Assembly: GCF_000485595.1 (NCBI RefSeq)
Contig: NW_014577078.1
Coordinates: 971,115-1,002,821 of the forward strand
Length of the DNA: 31,707 bases
Source: Priapulus caudatus
Lineage: Eukaryota
Direction of reading: 5' to 3'
The first letter of the stretch is position 1. The number at the start of each line of letters is the position of its first letter. A model generated the notes under the pieces. That model had not been told where the DNA came from, searched no databases, and saw nothing but the letters and a program-made list of their open reading frames with translations. A program made the position numbers and the translations under genes. This document shows positions 22,101 through 31,100 of the stretch, piece by piece.

Positions 22101-25100
22101 CGTCTCAACATTACTGCCATTAGTGAATGCCTTCTTGATCACTTTCTCCTGCATGTCTGACCAGTAGATTTTATCCTCTAACACATCAAAGCCGATGGCC
22201 ACGGCGTACTTGACTGGGATCGGAAGCTGATCGGTCATATCAAGACGCATGTTGCTCCTGATGAGGTTTTTACGATTCGACAAGACCAGGTATGCGTCGG
22301 AGATATCTGTGATGATGCAATGACACAATAATGACATGACAGCATAGCTACACGTCAATACATTCATTTATTATGCCTCCAATAACGTTAACGAATCCAT
22401 TACCTCATACGTGTCAAAACATAATACCACACGGAAATCAGTTTCAATTTGTGCTATGCTTCATACACAAATAAATGGACAGTGACTAATGTCCACATTC
22501 TTCATGTGGTTCCTAGGTTGAAAATTTCCAATCAGCCGATACAGTGCTTTTTGGGATAGTAGTAACACAAACACAACACCAGTCACCTTGGCTCATTGGA
22601 GTGGTTAAATGACAGTGGTAGAGAATTAGCAGCAACTTACTGACTGCCTTGCAGAAACGTCCATCGGGAGAAAGGGCGTATCCATCAGTGCAGGAACACT
22701 TGTATGAGCCCTTCTGGTTCTCACACATCTGACTGCATCTGCCCGGTGGATCACACTCATCCATGTCTGCAGTACAAGATTTCAATATTGAAAATAGCAT
22801 AGTCCATATACCAAAAGACCATGTGTCTTCCATCATCATGCATGCCTATAGTCTTGCATAGCTATGCGTCATCTTCATAATCCCCGCTATTTACCAGGAA
22901 TGCAAAAAATAACATTAATAAACAACAAATTATTAGCCAATAAAGTAGTAAAAAAGGTTATCCAGAAAATTATATCCAGAGTTAGGTAGCTGATCATATT
23001 CACACATGTAGTGAGAAATATACGCACCAATACAAGTGGTTTGATTCAGCTTTTGTCCCATTGGACAGTAGCACTGTGGTCCAGTCGGTGTGTCGATGCA
23101 CTTGTAGCTACAGACAGCCTCAACAGGCTGTGCTTTGCAATCAGACAATTCTGTAAATGCATTGAAATCTATGTAAAACCAAAGTTAAACAGTTTATACT
23201 GCACACAATTACTGTATGCTGCTATTATTAGGCTAGGCCATAAATTTAATAAAATGTAACTATTACTTTTGTTACATTTATAAGCACCAATAGTGCCCAA
23301 AACCGCTATATCACGTAACAAAGCTGAGATTAACTAAAGTGATAATTAATTATGCATAATTAAAATCACTGTAATTGATTACTCGGTGCCGAACAGTACC
23401 CTAACTAGGACCGGCCTATACCTGTATAATGCCATTAGTATCTAAACATATTATTAAGTGATCTTGACCGCAAGTTGGAAAGTTGGAATTGAAACAACAA
23501 TAATACCAGCTTTGAATCAGTAACATTTGGCTCAAATAGGAAACATTTATTCTCCATTATATTGATTATCAACCAGATTTAATGTCTTAGAAAATAGGAT
23601 ATAACCAACAAGACAACAAAGTACATGAGAATAAGGCAATCACACATTTCTTATTGACTCTAGCATCACATCTTTATGATTGCAGTGCCTAGCAGTGTTA
23701 TATTCACGTATCTTACCACAGCCAGGTCCTTCATCCAGTCTGTTGGGGCAGTCAATGTTTCCATCACACACCTGCGTCTGGTTGATGCAGGTCTTCAGGC
23801 CTGGACACTTCCACTTATCATATGAACACGTGTACTCATCCGTAGCTGAAAAAAAAAGTAAACACATGTAAGATAAAGGTGACATTGACTGTACACCGAC
23901 AGTGGTGCTCACGGTCGATCGATGGCGGAATACATTTAAACGTTACAATACAGCTGAATGCATAAATTTTAAAATCATAGTTTTAACAATACTTACAAGA
24001 CATATATTAATTAGTGCATAGATACGAATAGTTGGTTATAATGATCTCACCTCTGTGTACGACTGCTGCATGAAAACAAAATGCAATATTTTTTTACATT
24101 GACTAACACAGAGGAGATGTTTTTAGGCTACCACGTAAACGATGCACTCTTGTCTGATAGTTCTAGTATGCAATTCAAAAATTTGGCACTAAACATAAAA
24201 AATCAAAGCGTGCAATTCATCGCAGTTGTAACACACCGAATTTGCACATTATCCTATTGCGCTACAGCTTCAAACTTGCAATAACATTAGTTACATTACA
24301 CATCTAGACAAATAAAAAAATGTGATAGGTCGTAAATAAACAGATGGTCTTCCCTAAATGAGTAATGATAAAGGTTAAACAAACAGGCTAATAATGCAGA
24401 CAAGAAATACGTGTTGACAAGTGCGTGACTCACAGCAGCCATGTTGTGCCGATTCATCGCTGCCATCGCCACAGTCATCCGAGCCATCACACACCCATGC
24501 CTTGTACACGCAGTGACCATTGTCACACTTGAAATGGTTTACGGGGCAACTCACAACACCTGCATAGATAAAACATTTCAATATAATTATAAAACATGTA
24601 AAACACTGACAATGTGCAACAATTTCTACACGTGATGTATCACAAGTCTTTTGTATATGGCTCGGCAATACGAGTGATTTATGTCACCTAATGTATGGTT
24701 TCTTGTGAAATGTTAAAGTATAAATGACCTTATAGAATTCACGCTGACAGTATTATGTAGTACACATACCAACGTAGTTCACTTGATTTGATGCGTGAAT
24801 AATATATGCTTATATTTATACAGTCAAACCTGAATAACAACGTCATTAAAGGGAAACCCCCAAAAAAAACGTTCTATATAGGCAGATGTCTATAGTTTGT
24901 TTCAATGTATAGCTGCCACTCAAAGGATGCCATATACCATAAGCATCCTTTATTGATCTATGTGTATATTTCACACAGGTGTCTGCTAACACAGGTTTGG
25001 CAATATATGCTTGAATGCTGTTCAGAATTACCAAATAACCTTGAACATTGTTCTATACTCACTTGAGTGCCTAAGTGCAGTATACATGCACTCCCGAGTA

Positions 25101-28100
25101 TGTTTGATCCTTCTGATTCTGAATGACTTCGAAGTTTAATTTGGGTGTTCCCCGGCTTTATGCAAGAGCCTTATTTATGAGATGGTGACTATTGAATGCC
25201 CTAGTGCTCTCTCTAAAAACTATAGGTGGGGCGGACATCCGGGAACTTTTGACTATTTGACCGAATGTAGATTCGAGCCGATGAAAACAAACCGTAGTAA
25301 CGCACCGCTCAATGCCCGCAGCGCATAGTGCCAAGGAATTATGTGGTGTTTGGATGCCGCAATCACTGTCTTTCAAGTGACAAAAAAAAGATCATTCTTT
25401 GAGCTGCCGTAGCCCGAGAGGAGAGACAGATGGCTAACAGCAATTAGTCAGGAGAACGAAGACGGCGTAGCAATGGTGAGAAACAGTGGGAAACGGGCGA
25501 GTAGTCTCGCTGAAAGGCAGTTTTTTTCACACTTCCTGTGAAGTCACATAATGTTTCTCGGTCGAAATAAACAAAGAAGACCTTCAAGAACACGCCTGTC
25601 GAGTTTAAAGGGGCTACCCCAACATTTACGGAAATGACATAGGTCTCAATCTGGACATCATCTCTATCCTTGAACCGCAGCGGCTCCATTCAGGCGGTGT
25701 CTATATTCAAGCCGGTACGGGAGATTACGGTACGCATATATTTGCTAATATATTGACTAATCGTGCGTCAATAAACTCAATATTCACAGAGAGCATAGCT
25801 AAGACATGTGTCTATAGGTATCTAGAATTTTAAAAATTTACTCATCTGAAATTCACTTTCGCGCGCATAACTAATCGTGCATGACTAGCATGACTAATCG
25901 TGCCGCTTCGTGAGTCAATAAACTCAATATTCACAGAGATATGAATTCAAGCCGGTACGGGAGATCTTTTGCATAATATATTCTAGATACCTATAGACAC
26001 ATGTCTTAGCTACACTCTCTGTGAATATTAAGTTTATTGACGCACGATTAGTCAATATATTAGCAAATAATTATATATGCGTACCGTCATCTCCCGTACC
26101 GGCTTGAATATAGACGCTCCCAGCCGATTCGCGCTTTGTTTTCATCGGCGCGGCTCACCAGACGTATTGCTAAGGGGAAGTGACGTCACTCCGCCCCCAC
26201 CTATACCTAATTTAAACTTCATACACATAGTTCTATCAGGATTTGATAAAGCGATAAATTGGCACTGTAGCCTGAAGACATACCACAGTCCTTCTCATCT
26301 GCATCATCAGCACAGTCCGGTGTGCCATCACACTTCCAGCTCGATGGCACGCAGACTCCTGACCCACACTGAAATTGTGTCGCTAGACACATACCTTTCT
26401 CTGGCGTCGCTGCGTGCAAAAGACAAAGAACACAACTCACACACACGCTCACGCTCGCGCAAAGCAAGTACAGCCAGGGAAGTGCATGCACTAGTTTGCA
26501 TGACAAATCTACAGAACAAGCGGCTATGCGAAGCAAGCCAACACAAAACGCATGTAGCTTTCGCTCGTATTAACTTCGACCGCTGCAGTCGTCGGGAATC
26601 AATCCATTTCGAAACGCGAATATCGACTGGCTTCGTCGCGACGATGTGGAGGGGAGGACTTACGGCAACCGATCTCGTCCGAGGCGTCGTTGCAGTCGTT
26701 GTGGCCGTCGCAGCGCACGCTCTGAGCAACACACTGCTTAAGGTCGCTACAGGTAAACTCAAATGACCGACAACTGACCGGTGGGCAGTCCTTCTCATCG
26801 CTGTTAATTAAAGGTGCGTGCGGTTATTTAAAGGCTCTTGAGCTTTCAATTTTTTTCGAATTTCATCGAATTTCTTAATTTCTTAATATTGAATCATTTT
26901 TGCTAATTAAACGATATTGCAGTTCACGGTAAGTCTTCATTGGGTGATACAGGGATTATCAAAACAATTATCAACTTGACTGAATGCTATAGGAGCACAG
27001 AATTTCACCAGAAAATGATTGCAGTTGGTATGCAGTCTCTCACACGAGAGGTTTGTGTCAGAACGACTGTGCAACAATCACCTGTTGTCGTAGCAGTCAT
27101 TGTCGCCATCGCATACCCACACATTATTGATGCACCGGCCGTTATCACACACAAAGTACGTGGATGCACATGTGTGGTTTCCTGCAAAGAAAACGTCCGA
27201 GGACGTTCCTTAGCACACTGATAAGGAACACGTTTTAATAAACGAGCGCACATTTAAATGAATACTATAAAAACAAAATAAACGAAGGCATTCGGCGTGT
27301 AGTCATATAATGGAGATGATGGTCATGTGTATACTTACTGCAGAAACTACCCTCGTCACTCCCGTCCTTGCAGTCGTTCTCTGTATCACAGATCCACGTA
27401 CGTGGGACGCAGTTGCCATTCGTGCACAGGTACTGGTCACCCTGACATGTTTTATTCGCTGTGAGGAAGATCATGCATAAACATTAAACATCTACGCTGC
27501 CACAGATAATTTGCAAGTAGTTGCTAACTAAACAAATCTCGCTGAACGTCTATGACCATGAAAGAAGCACAATCACTTTTGTCAGCAAAGGACATTTCTG
27601 GGAATTTTATCCATAATTAAACCACTTTTATGATCAGTTTGCCTAACAATGCTGTAATGTCGCAATCTTGTGATCTGTATCGTATTAAAAATTCAAAGTG
27701 ACAAAAGATAGCATGAAGTGTGTTTCTCAATATTTTATCTCTTGGTCATTATTCATTTAAGATTTTTGATGATACTAACTGCAATCATAACAACTGGGCA
27801 AAAGCTGCCAGAACCCAGCAGGCAGTCCCCTGTGTAACCAGTGATTTCCAGATGGGAGATATAATTACAAACTTTGCAAAGTTGTATCTGCAGCTCGCTT
27901 TCCGAAAACAGCTCCCCTTTAAAAATCCCAGTTTACAAGCGGCCATCTTTGCTCACACCACTGCTGGGGATGGCTCGACCAGAGCGCAGAACTTACGACA
28001 ATTCATCTCATCAGAGCCATCACTGCAGTCGTTGTGGTTGTCACAGAGAGAGGAGCTGGACACGCACTTGCGCTGGTTCTCACACTTGAAGTCCGTCGCC

Positions 28101-31100
28101 GCACACGTGATCTCTGCAAGATGGACACACAGATATGCTAGGCACGATGGAGACTCAGGTAGAATAAGCATGGAGACTCAGACAGAATGAGCATGGAGAC
28201 TCAGACAGAATGAGCATGGAGACTCAGGTAGAATGAGCATGGAGACTCAGGTAGAATGAGCATGGAGACTCAGGTAGAATAAGCATGCAAGCTCAGATAG
28301 AATGAGCATGGAGACTCAGGTAGAATGAGCATGGAGACTCAGGTAGAATGAGCATGGAGACTCAGGTAGAATGAGCATGCAAGCTCAGATAGAATGAGCA
28401 TGTAGACTCGGGTAGAATGGTAGAATGAGCATGTAGACTCAGGTAGAATAAGCATGCAAGCTCAGGTAGAATGAGCATGGAGACTCATGTAGAATGAGCA
28501 TGGAGACCGAGGCAGAATGAGCATGGAGACTCAGGTAGAATGAGCATGGAGACTCAGGTAGAATGAGCATGGAGACTCAGGTAGAATGAGCATGGAGACT
28601 CAGATAGAATGAGCATGGAGACTCAGATAGAATGAGCATGGAGACTGAGGCAGCATGGAGACTCATGCAGCATGGAGACTCAGATAGAATGAGCATGGAG
28701 ACTCAGGCAGCATGGAGACTCATGCAGCATGGTGACTCAGCAGGCATTGACTCAGGCAGCATGGAGACTCATGCAGCATGGAGACTCATGCAGCATGGTG
28801 ACTCAGGCAGCATGGTGACTCAGGCAGCATGGAGACTCATGCAGCATGGAGACTCATGCAGCATGGTGACTCAGGCAGCATGGAGATCATGAGCATGGTG
28901 ACTCAGGCAGCATGGTGACTCAGGCAGCATGGAGACTCATGCAGCATGGTGACTCATGCAGCATGGTGACTCAGGCAGCATGGAGACTCATGCAGCATGG
29001 AGACTCAAGCAGCATGGTGACTCATGCAGCATGGTGACTCAGGCAGCATGCGTGACTCAGGCAGCATGAAGACTCATGCAAGCATGGTAACTCATGCACA
29101 TAGTGACTCAGGCAACATCTGCGAGGACCTCATGCAGCATGGAGACTCAAGCAGCATGGTGACTCATGCAGCATGGTGACTCAGGCAGCATGGTGACTCA
29201 GGCAGCATGGAGACTCAGGCAGCATGGTGACTCATGCAGCATGGTGACTCAGATAGAATGAGTATGGAGACTCAGGTAGAATGAGTTCCTAACGATGTCA
29301 GCCTTACACAGTCCTCAAGGGAAACACTTATAAACACTGTCAACAATTACTGCTATTATAATAGAACATGTCTGTTTTTGTTATCTTACTTAACAATCCT
29401 GCCACTGAACTAATGCCACAATTCTCACTTAATTACGACACACACGATTATTTTATACCATTTACTGACCTTGCTTGACTTATGTTATTGCTCACCTACT
29501 GACTTATTGCACCCTGCAATGAATCTTTCTACTCATTTAATTTTCATGGAACCCGTGTGTTACATATTGTCCTATGCGTATACTGTCACTGCAGTCATCG
29601 CCACAACTCTTACCTGTGCAGTTTGCCTCGTCAGAGTTGTCATAGCAGTCATCATCACCATCGCACTTATAGAAGAAGCTGATACAGCGCCCATTACCAC
29701 ACTCAAACTGCCACAGGGAGCACAACTTCTCCTTGACATATGCCGAGTCATCGACGCAGGTCTTATTCTTATCATCTGTGACATAAATGTATACAATGGA
29801 ATACTAGAGCAATCAATCTTCCAGTACTTCAAAATGGCTTCCCGGCTATGTTAGTTTTTCAGTTTCCACATAATGAGTCTGCAGGCAACGAACTGTATCC
29901 AATCATATATTGTAATTTTCCTTTCATAAGACAATAAACATATTTTATAAACATTACTACGGCACTGTACACCAGTGGTGCCTATTCGAAAATTACACTC
30001 TATTTATAACTGATACATCCAGATACATGTTGCTCAATTTCAAGCAGACATTTTCTTTTTGGTTCTTATAACAAGACGTAAAAACAGTTTGTGATGATTA
30101 CGAAATTATAATAATAATGAAGGCTTCGTCAGCATATTTCCCTAGTCATTTATTAATAATTGGAGAGCTGGAGCTTACCAGAAAACTTCATGCCCATGGG
30201 ACAACCACAGACAGCCTTGATACTGTTGGAACCGTCCGGCACAGGAAAGCAGAAATGACTGCACCCACTAACATCACCTACACATGGATGATTATCTGCA
30301 CCAAAAACAAAAGAAAGGTATTACTGCCGTGTGTCATCCATATGTCAGATGTGCTCAAAATACAGAAACAACAATGGATTACTGTACAAAATCACAATCT
30401 TACCCATGATTGGCTGCTGAATATCGCTGAACACTTTCACGCCAAAGAGCCGCTCTTTTGTTTCATTGTGAATCTTGAGTAGGCCGAAGCCAGATGTTTT
30501 GTCAACACGCAGCAGACCCTGCAGTCGCCAGTCAGTGAAGAACAGGAAATCTGTTGAAACATCAAAATACTTCATTATTCATACACAATCCGACTGCAGA
30601 AAACCAAGATGCCACATGCAATGAGCCAATTTTGAATTTTGAAAAGCGTGGTGCACTGCGCAACCTTTTACCTACCAGACATACTGTTCATCTATCATCA
30701 AAAAATGATAATTATAGACATTACCGGGCTCGTTTCGCCACCACTAAAGGTTGAACACACTGTCTGCACATCATCAGACAATGACAGCCATTCCATCTGC
30801 ATTAGTGTTAACCAACACACATAGTCCTCGCGATCACCACAATAAATCGATTAAAATCGATCGTCGATCGGTCACGCGCAAACAGATGACCGATACCAAA
30901 GTTCTGAGCGATGTTCACGACGCGAGCGTGTGATGATGGCGCGCAAACAGACGACCAATACCAAAGTTCTGAGCGATGTTCACGACGCGAGCGTGTGATG
31001 GTGGCGCGCAAACAGACGACCAATACCAAAGTTCCGAGCAATCTTTGCAGCGCGAGCATGTGATGGTGGCGCGCAAACAGACGACCAATACCAAAGTTCT

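Noticed and set aside
28147..29285. CRISPR-like periodicity (also 14704-15075, 30875-31160, 31450-31707)
   Set aside because: Head-to-tail units without unique spacers, no cas genes, eukaryotic intron context.
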